NCBI GenBank assembly: GCA_963702475.1
Contig: CAVPCT010000008.1
Location: forward strand, 1 to 64,000
Length of the DNA: 64,000 nt
Direction: 5' to 3'
Source of the DNA: an uncultured Thermoleophilia bacterium
GTDB lineage: Bacteria > Actinomycetota > Thermoleophilia > UBA2241
The position numbers were made by a program, and so were the translations under genes. The notes under the pieces were generated by a model. That model worked only from the letters and a program-made list of their open reading frames with translations, did no database searches and was not told the DNA's origin. This document shows, piece by piece, positions 31,325 to 40,541 of this stretch; position 1 is the first letter of the stretch; each line of letters opens with the position of its first letter.

Positions 31325-31582
31325 GCACCGTCCTCCGCGCCGAGGAGTGCGCTCCGCCGCACTCACGGTTCGTTGCAGAATACAACCGAACGTGAGCAGG
31401 GGAGAGAGCGAAAGGCCGCGACCGTGGTGGGCGGAGGGGCACGGGTGTGCGGCGCGACCCGACGCGTCGGCGACCGGCGCTGTGGGCCGACCGGTTGTGG
31501 CCGGGGTGGCGGCCGGAGGTGCGCCGGGGGCCGGCGGCGCTGCGCGCCGCCGGCCCCCGGCCGGTCCGCACGACAGGCGAGG

Positions 31583-32410
31583 TCAGCTCGCCAGCACCGC
31601 GGAGAACACCCACCAGGCGAGCAGCGACTTCGCGCTCAGGCTGAGGATGATGTAGGCCTTCTCGCCGAACAGGTAGTCCCGCCACTTGCCCACCTTGTGG
31701 TACTGCAGCCACATGTTCAGGGCGAAGATGTTGAAGAAGATGAACAGGCTGACGATGATGCCGTACACGAAACCGGGCGGCTCCGGCCCGTCGAGCCCAG
31801 GGCTCCACACGTAGACGACGACGATGATCCACGGGATGATCCCGGAGAAGCAGCCGAAAAGGAAGCTCAGCCAGTTCGGCCTCCCCGGAGTCTCATACTT
31901 CTCCATCAGCAGCCCGAAGAGGATCATGCTCGCGTTGGCGCCGAAGATGGCGATGAGCGCGGCGATGTCGCTGACGCCGGTGATCATGCTGATGAGCACG
32001 ATCATCATGCTCGAGCTGAAGAAGTACTCGATCCAGCGCCCGTAGTTGCGATCCTGCAGCAGGTTGCGCTTGTACCAGCCGAACACGCCCGGCGACGCGA
32101 TGATGAACAGGGCGAGCGCAGAGATCGCCACGAAGGCGAAGATGCCCCAGCCGAGCGGCAGGTCGAAGAGCGTGTTCAGTTCGGGCGGCGTGCCGGGCGG
32201 CCCCGACATGTACGTCGCCGTGACCGGCAGGCTGAAGTCGTTGGTGAGCAGGGCGATAGCGACGGCCTCGACGGCGAGGACGACGCCGACGCCGATGTTC
32301 CAGACGCGGAGGCGTCCCAGACGACGCTGCACGTCGGCAGGGGCGGCTTGGGACCCGGCGCCCGAGGCGGCGGGTGGTGGACTGCTGGCAGGGACTGGCG
32401 GGGCGCTCAT
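31583..32410 (-). CDS. Heliorhodopsin (atypical variant)
   Basis: 7 TM; NDFSLPVT.TY..GPPG, RWIEY..SSS.M, GFVYGI, GEKAYIILSLSAK (retinal Lys); AAGGAG RBS. Confidence 0.95.
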   Translation of the reverse strand: MSAPPVPASSPPPAASGAGSQAAPADVQRRLGRLRVWNIGVGVVLAVEAVAIALLTNDFSLPVTATYMSGPPGTPPELNTLFDLPLGWGIFAFVAISALALFIIASPGVFGWYKRNLLQDRNYGRWIEYFFSSSMMIVLISMITGVSDIAALIAIFGANASMILFGLLMEKYETPGRPNWLSFLFGCFSGIIPWIIVVVYVWSPGLDGPEPPGFVYGIIVSLFIFFNIFALNMWLQYHKVGKWRDYLFGEKAYIILSLSAKSLLAWWVFSAVLAS

Positions 32411-32487
32411 CGTGTGCTCCTTGTCGTCTGGGGGGCCGGCCCGCGACGGCCGCCGGCCAGGATGGGGTGATGGGGGCGGAGAGAGGG

Positions 32488-32943
32488 TCATGCCGCGCAC
32501 GCCTCCTCCGCCGTCTGCTCGACGATGCGGATGAAGCGGTCGAGGAACCCGCCCACGACCGCCCGCTCGTCCTCGCTCAGACTCTCCGCCAGGGCGAGGA
32601 CCTCCTCGGTCAAGGGCGTGACCCCGTCGTTGAGCTTCACGGCCGCCTGCGCCGTGCGCCGGACCACCACGCGCCGGCGGTCGCTCGGGTGCGGGGCGCG
32701 CACCGCGTTGCCGCTCGCCTCCAGGCGGTCGACGAGAGCGGTGACGGAGCCGGAGGTGAGCTGCAGGCGGCGGGCAAGCTCGCTCGGGCCCAGGCCGGAC
32801 CCGTCGCTGAGGTGCTCGAGGGCCAGCAGCTCCGGGACGCTCACCCCGATCTCACGCGCGACGGCGACGTTGAGCCTCGACATGGCGATGTCGAGGCGCC
32901 GCGTCGCCCCGGCGATGTCTTCTGGCGTGTAGCGTGGGTTCAT
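32488..32943 (-). CDS. MarR family transcriptional regulator
   Basis: GPSELARRLQLTSGSVTALVDRLE, PHPSDRR. Confidence 0.93.
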   Translation of the reverse strand: MNPRYTPEDIAGATRRLDIAMSRLNVAVAREIGVSVPELLALEHLSDGSGLGPSELARRLQLTSGSVTALVDRLEASGNAVRAPHPSDRRRVVVRRTAQAAVKLNDGVTPLTEEVLALAESLSEDERAVVGGFLDRFIRIVEQTAEEACAA

Positions 32944-32964
32944 CGGGCGTCCCTCGGTCGAGAA

Positions 32965-32985
32965 GTATCTCGCCCGTCAAGATAC
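32965..32985. promoter_or_regulatory. Candidate MarR operator
   Basis: GTATCTCG-N5-CAAGATAC inverted repeat about 20 nt upstream of marR. Confidence 0.6.
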
Positions 32986-33009
32986 CCACTACATGAGAGA
33001 ACCATATCA

Positions 33010-33147
33010 TCAGACCGGAACTGCTCCGAACCGGCGTCTGTCGTCCACGTACTCGATCTCCGTGAACGTGTCCGTCGGGAAGGCATACACGAGCACGCAG
33101 GTCTCGTCGTGGGTGTTACGGATGCCGTGGACCGCGTCGGAGGGATG
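33010..33147 (-). pseudogene. Cupin C-terminal fragment
   Basis: Unlisted frame reads PSDAVHGIRNTHDETCVLVYAFPTDTFTEIEY, resembling cupin motif 2; no motif 1 upstream. Confidence 0.45.
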
Positions 33148-33285
33148 GGCCGAGACGAGCGGGCGCCGGTGGATGACGGCCGGGTCGCCGGGAAGCGGGC
33201 CGTCGTGCTGCTACGGGGTATCGCGCTCGTGCGCCACGTGCTGGCGCCGTGACGGGGCATCCATCGTCGGCGGACACACGGCCGT

Positions 33286-34773
33286 TCAGGCGGCGCCGGC
33301 GTCGTTGGGCGCCGCGGTGCCTGTGGCGGAGTTCATCGCCGTGTACCTGCCGTACGAACCGATGATGGCGCGTGGCAGCAAGCCTGGGCGGCGGCCGACC
33401 GCGTGCGCCGTGTCGTGTCGCTCGTAGGCCCAGGAGACGGAACTGACGAGCGGCCAGCGCAGCGGCTCCGGGGGTGGACACGCCGGCGGCGGGCCGACGA
33501 CCGGCATGCGCCTCCAGCGATCGTCCGCGCCGAGCGCCAGCGAGGCGAGGATCTTGCCGCCGGCCTTGGTGGACGTGAGGCCGTGACCGGAGAAGCCGAG
33601 GCCGGCGTGGACGGTGCCCGAGGGACTGCTCTCGAAGAAGGGCAGGCCCGTGTTGGTCAGGTCCATGGGCCCACTCCAGGCGGCCTCGAAGCGCACCCCC
33701 TCGAGCTGGGGGAAGAGCCACACGAGGCCGGCGGCCGCGACCCGCGCCACGCGTGCGGAGGTGAGCGCCCCGCCGCCGATGCGGTTGTCGTAGGTGATCC
33801 TCATCGCCCCGCCGCCGATGGCGATGCGCCCGTCGTCGGTGGGCCGCAGGTAGAACAGCATCTCGCGGAGGTCGGCGACCCCCCTGTGCGAGGTCCAGCC
33901 GATCCGTTCGAGGAGTTCGGGGACGGGCTCGGTGACGACCATGTAGTCGACGCACACGGTGAAGGCGCGGCGGAAGTGCCGCTCGCGACCCGCCCAGGCG
34001 CCCGTGCTGAGCACCACCTGACGGGCGCGGACGGTGCCGGCCGGCGTGACCACCCGGACCGGGCGGCCGGTCTCCAGGCGCAGCAGCGGCGTGCCCTCGA
34101 AGATGCGCACGCCGCGCTCCAGCAGCACGCGACGCAGCTCGCGCGCCAGCTTGGCCGGCTGGAGCACGGTGAGGTCGGGTGTGACGACGCCGCCGACGAA
34201 GCGCGGCGAGTCCGCGACGCGCCGCGCCTCGGCGGCATCCACACGCCGCAGCCGGTCGGCGTAGCCGTGCCGCTCGAGCAGGCCGAAGGTCTCGTCGTCC
34301 GGTCCCGCCTGCCAGTCGCCGGCGCGCGCGTACAGGATGCCCTCGTGATGCGCGTCGACACGCGCGTCATGCCGCACGATCCACTCGTCCAGTTCGCCGA
34401 CCATGTCGGCCAGCGTGGACGCCCAGATCACGCCGCCCTCCTCCCCGAGCGTGCGGCACAGGCCCGAGAGCTGCAGCCACGAGGTGGAGAAGAAGCCGCC
34501 GTTGGCCCCGCTGCCGCCGGCGCCGCAGACGTCGGCCTCCAGCAGGACGACGCCGAGCGACGGGTCGCGCTCCGTGAGCTCGTAGGCGGTCCAGAGGCCG
34601 GCGAACCCGCCGCCGACGACGCACACGTCGGCGGCCACGTCGCCGGCCAGCGGCGGGCACGGCTCGCCGGAGTCGGCGCGCAGTGCTTCCTCCAGCCACC
34701 AGCTGCGCGCGCCGACCGCGGGCACCGCCGGTGTCCGATCCTGCCCTACCTGCCGCCGTGCTCCTGACCCCAT
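33286..34773 (-). CDS. FAD-dependent oxidoreductase (DAO/PuuB-like)
   Basis: VVGGGFAGLWTA, GGSGANGG, QPAKLA, AWSGPMD, GFSGHG. Confidence 0.9.
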   Translation of the reverse strand: MGSGARRQVGQDRTPAVPAVGARSWWLEEALRADSGEPCPPLAGDVAADVCVVGGGFAGLWTAYELTERDPSLGVVLLEADVCGAGGSGANGGFFSTSWLQLSGLCRTLGEEGGVIWASTLADMVGELDEWIVRHDARVDAHHEGILYARAGDWQAGPDDETFGLLERHGYADRLRRVDAAEARRVADSPRFVGGVVTPDLTVLQPAKLARELRRVLLERGVRIFEGTPLLRLETGRPVRVVTPAGTVRARQVVLSTGAWAGRERHFRRAFTVCVDYMVVTEPVPELLERIGWTSHRGVADLREMLFYLRPTDDGRIAIGGGAMRITYDNRIGGGALTSARVARVAAAGLVWLFPQLEGVRFEAAWSGPMDLTNTGLPFFESSPSGTVHAGLGFSGHGLTSTKAGGKILASLALGADDRWRRMPVVGPPPACPPPEPLRWPLVSSVSWAYERHDTAHAVGRRPGLLPRAIIGSYGRYTAMNSATGTAAPNDAGAA

Positions 34774-34948
34774 GGCACGCTCGCTTTCGTCGCCGACACC
34801 GTCACTGCATCACACGGCCTGGGGCAGGCCCCGTCAAGCGCCGGAGAGGCCAAGCCGGCACCATCTGACCGTGCGTGGTGGTGCACTGAAGCGCTGAGAA
34901 GCTCGAGCGGCCAGATCGGCCTCGAGTCCCTCAGCGCCCCTGCGGTCA

Positions 34949-35365
34949 TCAGAGCCCGATGACCTCGAACCCCAGGGCGAGCGCCGTGCTGCCCTGCATG
35001 CGGTCGTGGGTCGCGAAGACGAGGTCGTCCCGTCCGCGGTCGCGGATCTGCAGCGCGGTTGCCAGATGGATTGCATCGAGTGCTCTCATCGGCAGAGGGA
35101 ATGCGTCCCCCGCCCGGTCGAGGACGGAGCGCGAGACAGCCACGCGACGCATCTGCCGCATCAAGCGGTGCACGAGCGCCGCGCGCTGCACCATGTCGTC
35201 GGCCCCCAGCCCGTCCACGAGCCTCGCCTTGTCGAGGGTGCGCAGGCATTCGGCCTGCGACAGTCGCGAGGTGACACGCTCGTCGAAAGACGTCAAGTCG
35301 GCGAGCCTGTCTGGCTGCTGCATGACGATGCGCATGAGCACCGACGAGTCGACGTAGGCGATCAC
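34949..35365 (-). CDS. PIN-domain toxin (VapC-like)
   Basis: AYVDSS, LSQAE, RALDAIHLATA, FATHD. Confidence 0.9.
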   Translation of the reverse strand: MIAYVDSSVLMRIVMQQPDRLADLTSFDERVTSRLSQAECLRTLDKARLVDGLGADDMVQRAALVHRLMRQMRRVAVSRSVLDRAGDAFPLPMRALDAIHLATALQIRDRGRDDLVFATHDRMQGSTALALGFEVIGL

Positions 35366-35661
35366 TCGTCGGCCTCTTCCCCCGGCGCGAACAGACCGAA
35401 GTCCCGATCGGCGCGCACGTCTTCAAGGATCTCAGCGATATCGACGGAGAGCCTCAGCGGCGGCAGGTCGGTGACCCCCCACAGCGCGGGGTCCTCGGTC
35501 GGTTCGACGATGTCGAAATCGTCGATCTCGGGCGGCCGGTAGGGTCCCAGAGTCGCGACCGGGATATCACGGCTGAGCACCGTGAAGGTGCGTCCCTCGC
35601 GCACTTCCCGAAGGTAGTGGCTGAGCTTGGCCTTGAGTTCGGCGACGGTCACGGCGTCCAT
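35362..35661 (-). CDS. Phd/YefM family antitoxin
   Basis: VTVAELKAKLSHYLREVREG; acidic C-terminus; overlaps toxin start. Confidence 0.88.
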   Translation of the reverse strand: MDAVTVAELKAKLSHYLREVREGRTFTVLSRDIPVATLGPYRPPEIDDFDIVEPTEDPALWGVTDLPPLRLSVDIAEILEDVRADRDFGLFAPGEEADE

Positions 35662-35687
35662 GGTCACAGTATGACCAGATATGGTCA
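35661..35687. promoter_or_regulatory. TA operator array and leaderless promoter
   Basis: TGGTCA / TGACCA / TGGTCA alternating repeats; -10 CATACT ends 6 nt before the antitoxin ATG. Confidence 0.65.
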
Positions 35688-35758
35688 AGATGACAATGGA
35701 GCGGACGGTGCCGGCGGCCGAGGGACGTCAGGCACAGCGGCCGACCCGGCCTGCCGCG

Positions 35759-36304
35759 TCAGACCAGGTCCAGCGACCGGAACGGCAGGTCGAACGCCTC
35801 GCGCTCGCGCTCCCAGAGCTCCGGCGGCTGCACCATGAGCTCGAGCGCAAGCAGCCAGTCCCGCTCCGCCACGCGCACCGTCCAGCTGTCCACCAGGGTC
35901 GGGGGCGTCTCGCCGGTGAAGTCGCCGGACGCGTTCTCCAGGGCGCCGCCGGCGAGCCGGTACCGCACGTGCACGGCCGGCCGGCCCGCGAGCGACCCGG
36001 CCTCAGGCGGCACGAGCATGGTGTGCGACGTTGGCGACCACGCGGCCAACGCCGCGCGGGCCCTGGCGAGGTGCGGCTCCAGCCAGTCCTCGCCGGGGCC
36101 AGCTTCGGACTTCACGGCGACCATGGCCAGTGCGGCGATCCAGCCGGCCGCCGGATCGCTCGCCATGAAGTGCGCGGACGGCAGGTCGGGAGGTGCGGCG
36201 TCGGCGGCCGCGCCCTCAAGCGGCTCAGCAGCGGCGTCCGTACGCACGAAGCGCGGGTCGATCTCGAACTCGACCCCCAGCGCCGCGTCGCGGACGACGT
36301 CCAC
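35759..36304 (-). CDS. Hypothetical protein
   Basis: 181-aa ORF with native codon usage directly downstream of thrS. Confidence 0.6.
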   Translation of the reverse strand: MDVVRDAALGVEFEIDPRFVRTDAAAEPLEGAAADAAPPDLPSAHFMASDPAAGWIAALAMVAVKSEAGPGEDWLEPHLARARAALAAWSPTSHTMLVPPEAGSLAGRPAVHVRYRLAGGALENASGDFTGETPPTLVDSWTVRVAERDWLLALELMVQPPELWEREREAFDLPFRSLDLV

Positions 36305-36321
36305 CGGGTTCCGTCTGGCCG

Positions 36322-38322
36322 TCAGGGCAGGCGCCGCTCGCGGACTTCGTCGACCAACTGGTCGACGAACGTGCCGAGCGGCCGGGCGCCCTTGTCCTCG
36401 CCGCGCTCGCGCACACCCACGGCGCTCTTCTCCACCTCGCGGTCGCCGACCACGAGGATGTAGGGCACCTTCTGCAGCTGCGCGTCGCGGATCCTCTTCC
36501 CCACGCTCTCGCCGCGGTCGTCTATGTCAACGTGCAGGGTGACGGGGGCCTGGGCCGGGTCCGCCGCGCCGGCGGCGCGCACGGCGCGCATCACGCTCGC
36601 CGCATACTCGGCGTGCCGGTCGGCGATCGGCAGCACCACGGCCTGCTCCGGAGCCAGCCAGGTCGGCAGGTTGCCGCCGTAGTGCTCCAGCAGGATGCCC
36701 ATGAAGCGCTCGATGCTGCCGAGCAGGGCGCGGTGGATCATGACGGGCCGATGCTCTTCGTTGTCGGCCCCCGTGTAGCTGATGTCGAGACGCTCCGGCA
36801 TGGCGAAGTCCACCTGGATGGTGCCGCACTGCCAGGTGCGGCCCATGACGTCGCGGATGTGGAAGTCGATCTTGGGGCCGTAGAACGCCCCGTCGCCGGG
36901 GTTGAGCACGTACTCGATGCCCTCGCCTTCGAGGACCCGAGAGAGCACGCCTTCGGCCAGCTCCCACACCTCGTCGGAGCCGATGCTCTTGGCCGGCCGG
37001 GTGCTGAGCTCGATCTTGACGTCGCTGAACCCGAACGAGGCGTAGATGTGCTGCATGAAGCGGACGACGCCGAGCACCTCGTCCTCGAGCTGCTCGGGGG
37101 TGCAGTAGATGTGCGCGTCGTCCTGGGTGAAGTAGCGCACGCGGAAGAGGCCGTGCAGCACGCCGCTCATCTCGTGGCGGTGCACACGGCCGAGCTCGGC
37201 CATACGCAGCGGCAGGTCGCGGTAGGAGCGCCGGCGGCTCTTGTAGATGAGCAGGCCGCCGGGACAGTTCATGGGCTTCACCGCGTACGGCTGCTCGTCG
37301 ATCTCGGTGAAATACATGTTCTCTTTGTAGTTGTCCCAGTGCCCGCTGCGCTCCCACAGCTCGCGACGCAGGATCACCGGGGTGCTGATCTCCTCGTAGC
37401 CCGCGCGCACGTGCTCGACGCGCCAGAAATCGACCATGGCGTTCCACAGGCGCATGCCCTTGGGGTGGAAGAACGGGAAGCCGGGACCCTCCTCGTGGAA
37501 GCTGAAGAGGTCGAGGTCGCGGCCGATGCGGCGATGGTCGCGCTGGCGGGCCAGCTCGAGCGCCTCGAGGCGCGCCGCCAGCTCTTCCTTGCTCGCGAAG
37601 GCGGTGCCGTAGATGCGCGTGAGCATGGGGTTCTTCTCGTCGCCGCGCCAGTAGGCGCCGGCCAGGCTGGTGAGCTTGAAGGTGCCGCTGCCCAGCTTGT
37701 TGGTGCTCGGCAGGTGCGGGCCGCGACACAGGTCGGTGAACTCCCCCTGCGAGTAGACGCTGATGGTCTCCTCGTCGGGCAGGTCCTCGATGAGCTCGAC
37801 CTTGAAGGGCTGTTCGGCCGCGCGGAACACGGCCACGGCCTCCTCGCGCGGCAGCTCCTGGCGGGCGACCTCCTGGTTCTGGGAGACGACTTTCGCCATC
37901 TCCTTCTCGATGCGCGCGAGGTCGGCGTCGGTGATGGGCTCCGGGAACTGGAAGTCGTAGTAGAAGCCGTTCTCGATGGTGGGGCCGATGGCGTACTTGG
38001 TCCCCGGGAACAGGCGCAAGACGGCCTGGGCCATGATGTGGGAGGCCGAGTGGCGCAGGATGTCGACGGCGTCGGGGTCGTCACCCTTCAAGGTGACGAT
38101 CGCGACCTGGTCGCCCTCGTACAGCGGCGCGGAGAGGTCGACGAGGCGGCTCGGCGCCGGGGCGCCGGCGGCGTCCGGCGCGCCCGGTCCGGCGGCCGTG
38201 ACCCGGCCCGCGATCGCTGCCTTCGCCAGTCGCGGGCCGATGGCGGCCGCCGCGTCGCGCACGGTGGCGCCGTCGGAGAGCTCGAGGGGGGATCCGTCGG
38301 GGAGAGTGACGTGCAGGGTCAT
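36322..38322 (-). CDS. thrS: Threonine--tRNA ligase
   Basis: TGS domain, LRHSASH, DLCRGPH, RDHR, KPMNCP, GAFYGPKID, MIHRA. Confidence 0.98.
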   Translation of the reverse strand: MTLHVTLPDGSPLELSDGATVRDAAAAIGPRLAKAAIAGRVTAAGPGAPDAAGAPAPSRLVDLSAPLYEGDQVAIVTLKGDDPDAVDILRHSASHIMAQAVLRLFPGTKYAIGPTIENGFYYDFQFPEPITDADLARIEKEMAKVVSQNQEVARQELPREEAVAVFRAAEQPFKVELIEDLPDEETISVYSQGEFTDLCRGPHLPSTNKLGSGTFKLTSLAGAYWRGDEKNPMLTRIYGTAFASKEELAARLEALELARQRDHRRIGRDLDLFSFHEEGPGFPFFHPKGMRLWNAMVDFWRVEHVRAGYEEISTPVILRRELWERSGHWDNYKENMYFTEIDEQPYAVKPMNCPGGLLIYKSRRRSYRDLPLRMAELGRVHRHEMSGVLHGLFRVRYFTQDDAHIYCTPEQLEDEVLGVVRFMQHIYASFGFSDVKIELSTRPAKSIGSDEVWELAEGVLSRVLEGEGIEYVLNPGDGAFYGPKIDFHIRDVMGRTWQCGTIQVDFAMPERLDISYTGADNEEHRPVMIHRALLGSIERFMGILLEHYGGNLPTWLAPEQAVVLPIADRHAEYAASVMRAVRAAGAADPAQAPVTLHVDIDDRGESVGKRIRDAQLQKVPYILVVGDREVEKSAVGVRERGEDKGARPLGTFVDQLVDEVRERRLP

Positions 38323-38382
38323 GAAGCGACCGATCCTTTCTGCTTCGCGCCCGCGCACCTTGCGGGGGCTGTTGGCCGGTGG

Positions 38383-38391
38383 AGTGTAGCA
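38383..38391 (-). promoter_or_regulatory. Extended -10 promoter of thrS
   Basis: TG-C-TACACT on minus strand ~60 nt upstream of the start. Confidence 0.5.
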
Positions 38392-38532
38392 GAGAGGGTC
38401 GCGGCAGGGCGTGGCGGTCGAACCTGCCACGGTCGCACCTCCGCTTCGCTCAGTACTGACATTGTATGTACTTGTCGCTGCCATGTGGGTACACTGTGTG
38501 GACAGTCAGCTTCAGCGGGAGGTCGTTCCGCC

Positions 38533-38808
38533 ATGGCAGCTCTGAAGGACAAGACGGTGAACATCAGGGTCACCGAGGACGAGAAGGCCGTTGTGGAGCA
38601 GGCGGCCGCCCTGCGTCACATGCCGCTGAGCCAGTTCATGCTGCAGGCGACGCTGCGCGCCGCTGAGGAAGTCCTCGCCGACCAGACGCGGTTCGTCGTA
38701 CCCGCCGACCGGTGGGATGAATTCATTGCTCGCCTCGACCGTCCCGCCCGAGTACTCCCAGGCCTCAGAGAGGCCGCGTGCAGACCAAGCCCGTTTGGCA
38801 GGCGCTGA
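38533..38808 (+). CDS. DUF1778 / TacA-type RHH antitoxin
   Basis: KDKTVNIRVTEDEKAVVEQAAA, LSQFML, AEEVLAD, LDRP. Confidence 0.9.
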   Translation: MAALKDKTVNIRVTEDEKAVVEQAAALRHMPLSQFMLQATLRAAEEVLADQTRFVVPADRWDEFIARLDRPARVLPGLREAACRPSPFGRR

Positions 38809-39358
38809 CCCACTCTCCGGGCCGGCTCTTCTCGACGCTGCGCACGGCATCGACGCGTTCGACTGCGGCGTCAGTGCGCTCAACGAGTATCTGGCCAAGC
38901 AGGCCTTCGTCGATCAGCGATCCGGCAAGTCGAGAACGTACGCCGCCTGCCGCGGTGACCGGGTGGTCGCCTACTTCAGCTTGGCGACGGCGAGCCTCGT
39001 CGCGTCGGATGCGACGGAGCGCGCAGCCAAGGGGCAAGGCGCGCACGACATCCCCGCGATCCTCCTTGCCCGCTTCGCCGTGGACCTGGCGGAGCAGGCG
39101 CGCGGACTGGGAAGCAGCATGCTGGTCGAGGCCCTCGCGCGCTGCTCCGCCGCGGCTGAGATCGTCGGAGTACGGGTCGTGCTGGTGCACGCGAAAGACG
39201 AGCGGGCTCGTGACTTCTACCTGCGCCACGACTTCGAGCGGTCGCCCGCGAACCCGCTTCAGCTCATGATCCTGATGAAGGACGTACGGAAGACTCTGGA
39301 GAGCCTGCAGTCGGGACCGGCGAGCGCCGACCGCATCGCGCCGGCGGACGACGTCTGA
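38795..39358 (+). CDS. GNAT acetyltransferase toxin (TacT/AtaT-like)
   Basis: FDCG..ALNEYL, IPAILLARFAVD, ARGLG, VHAKDERARDFY; overlaps antitoxin. Confidence 0.9.
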   Translation: MAGADPLSGPALLDAAHGIDAFDCGVSALNEYLAKQAFVDQRSGKSRTYAACRGDRVVAYFSLATASLVASDATERAAKGQGAHDIPAILLARFAVDLAEQARGLGSSMLVEALARCSAAAEIVGVRVVLVHAKDERARDFYLRHDFERSPANPLQLMILMKDVRKTLESLQSGPASADRIAPADDV

Positions 39359-39398
39359 CCCAGGCCAAGCATCGCAGGATCCACGAGTATCCCGTCCC

Positions 39399-40541
39399 CT
39401 ACAGCAGCGCGCTGACGTCCACGCCGCGCCCCTGGAGCCCTGCGCCCATCCTCTGGAGGTCGCGGAGCAGGCGCGCGGGGTCGGCCGCCAGGGCCTGCAG
39501 GTGGAGCCCCGGCTCGCGCAGCGAGCCGTCCTGCCACTGCAGCAGGCAGGCGGCCGCGGCGGCGGCCGTCAGCCAGTACCCATCGGCGTGCGTGATCCGC
39601 AGGCCGGCGCTCAGGGCGTCACCGGCCGGCCCTTCGCCCTCGGCCTCCACCTGGAACACGGTGCCGTACGGCGGCTTGCCGAACCGGCGCAGCGACCAGG
39701 CGAGCAGCCTCGCGTACGGCCTGCCGAGCGTGTCCGGCGACCACTTCATGACCGGCATGCCGAGCGGCACCACCACGTTGTCCGCCACCCTGTTGAACCC
39801 GGACACGTAGAAGCCGCAGTCGCGCAGCGACGGGAGCTGCTGCGGGAGGAGTTCGAGCTCCTTCATGTACATGAGCGTGCAGCGCTCGCTGCCGAAGGGC
39901 GGTCCGAAGTCGAACGAGCGCGTGGCGTCGCGCCACGCCAGCTTGGTCCACACCCCGTCGCGCAGCGCCTCCACGCGGTAGTCGCGGAACTCGTTCGCGA
40001 ACTCGTGGATGGTGCTCTGCTGGAAGTCGTAGGCGCTCCAGTCGACCTTGAGGAGGCCGCCTACCTCCGCGCGCTCCAGCCGGCCGAAGGCCGGCGCCAG
40101 CGCGCGGATCAGGGCGGCCGAGAGCCCCGGATGGATGCCGCCGTCGGTGATGAAGCAGCGCCCGTCCACCACCATCCGCGAGCGCAGCCCTTCGAGCGCC
40201 GCGGACTTGGCTTCACCGCTCAGCAGGAGGTCGAAGTAATCGGCGCCGGCGGCGAGCGCGGCCTGCGCCACGGTGCCGGCGTGCTCGAGCACGCTGGCGG
40301 CGACGGCGACGAGGCCGACGCCGTCCATGGCGCGGGCCAGCGACGCCTCGTTCGCGGCGTCGGCCGCCCGCGCCGTCACCCTGCCAGAAAACCGCGCCTC
40401 GAGCTTGGCGGCCGCCTCCCGCCCCTTCTGCAGGCTCCGACCGGCCACGATGACGTCGCCGTCGCCGTGCTCGAGCAGCAGCTCGCAGAGCGTCTTGCCG
40501 GTCGTGCCGTACCCGCCCAGCACCAGGATCGTCTCGCTCAT
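39399..40541 (-). CDS. Saccharopine dehydrogenase-like NAD(P)-dependent oxidoreductase
   Basis: ILVLGGYGTTG, VAGR, GIHPGL. Confidence 0.82.
   Translation of the reverse strand: MSETILVLGGYGTTGKTLCELLLEHGDGDVIVAGRSLQKGREAAAKLEARFSGRVTARAADAANEASLARAMDGVGLVAVAASVLEHAGTVAQAALAAGADYFDLLLSGEAKSAALEGLRSRMVVDGRCFITDGGIHPGLSAALIRALAPAFGRLERAEVGGLLKVDWSAYDFQQSTIHEFANEFRDYRVEALRDGVWTKLAWRDATRSFDFGPPFGSERCTLMYMKELELLPQQLPSLRDCGFYVSGFNRVADNVVVPLGMPVMKWSPDTLGRPYARLLAWSLRRFGKPPYGTVFQVEAEGEGPAGDALSAGLRITHADGYWLTAAAAAACLLQWQDGSLREPGLHLQALAADPARLLRDLQRMGAGLQGRGVDVSALL

Noticed and set aside
33010-33263. Amber read-through (pyrrolysine) giving a full cupin
   Set aside because: Sequence around the TAG shows no cupin motif 1, and there are no pyl genes or MttB-type proteins in the window.
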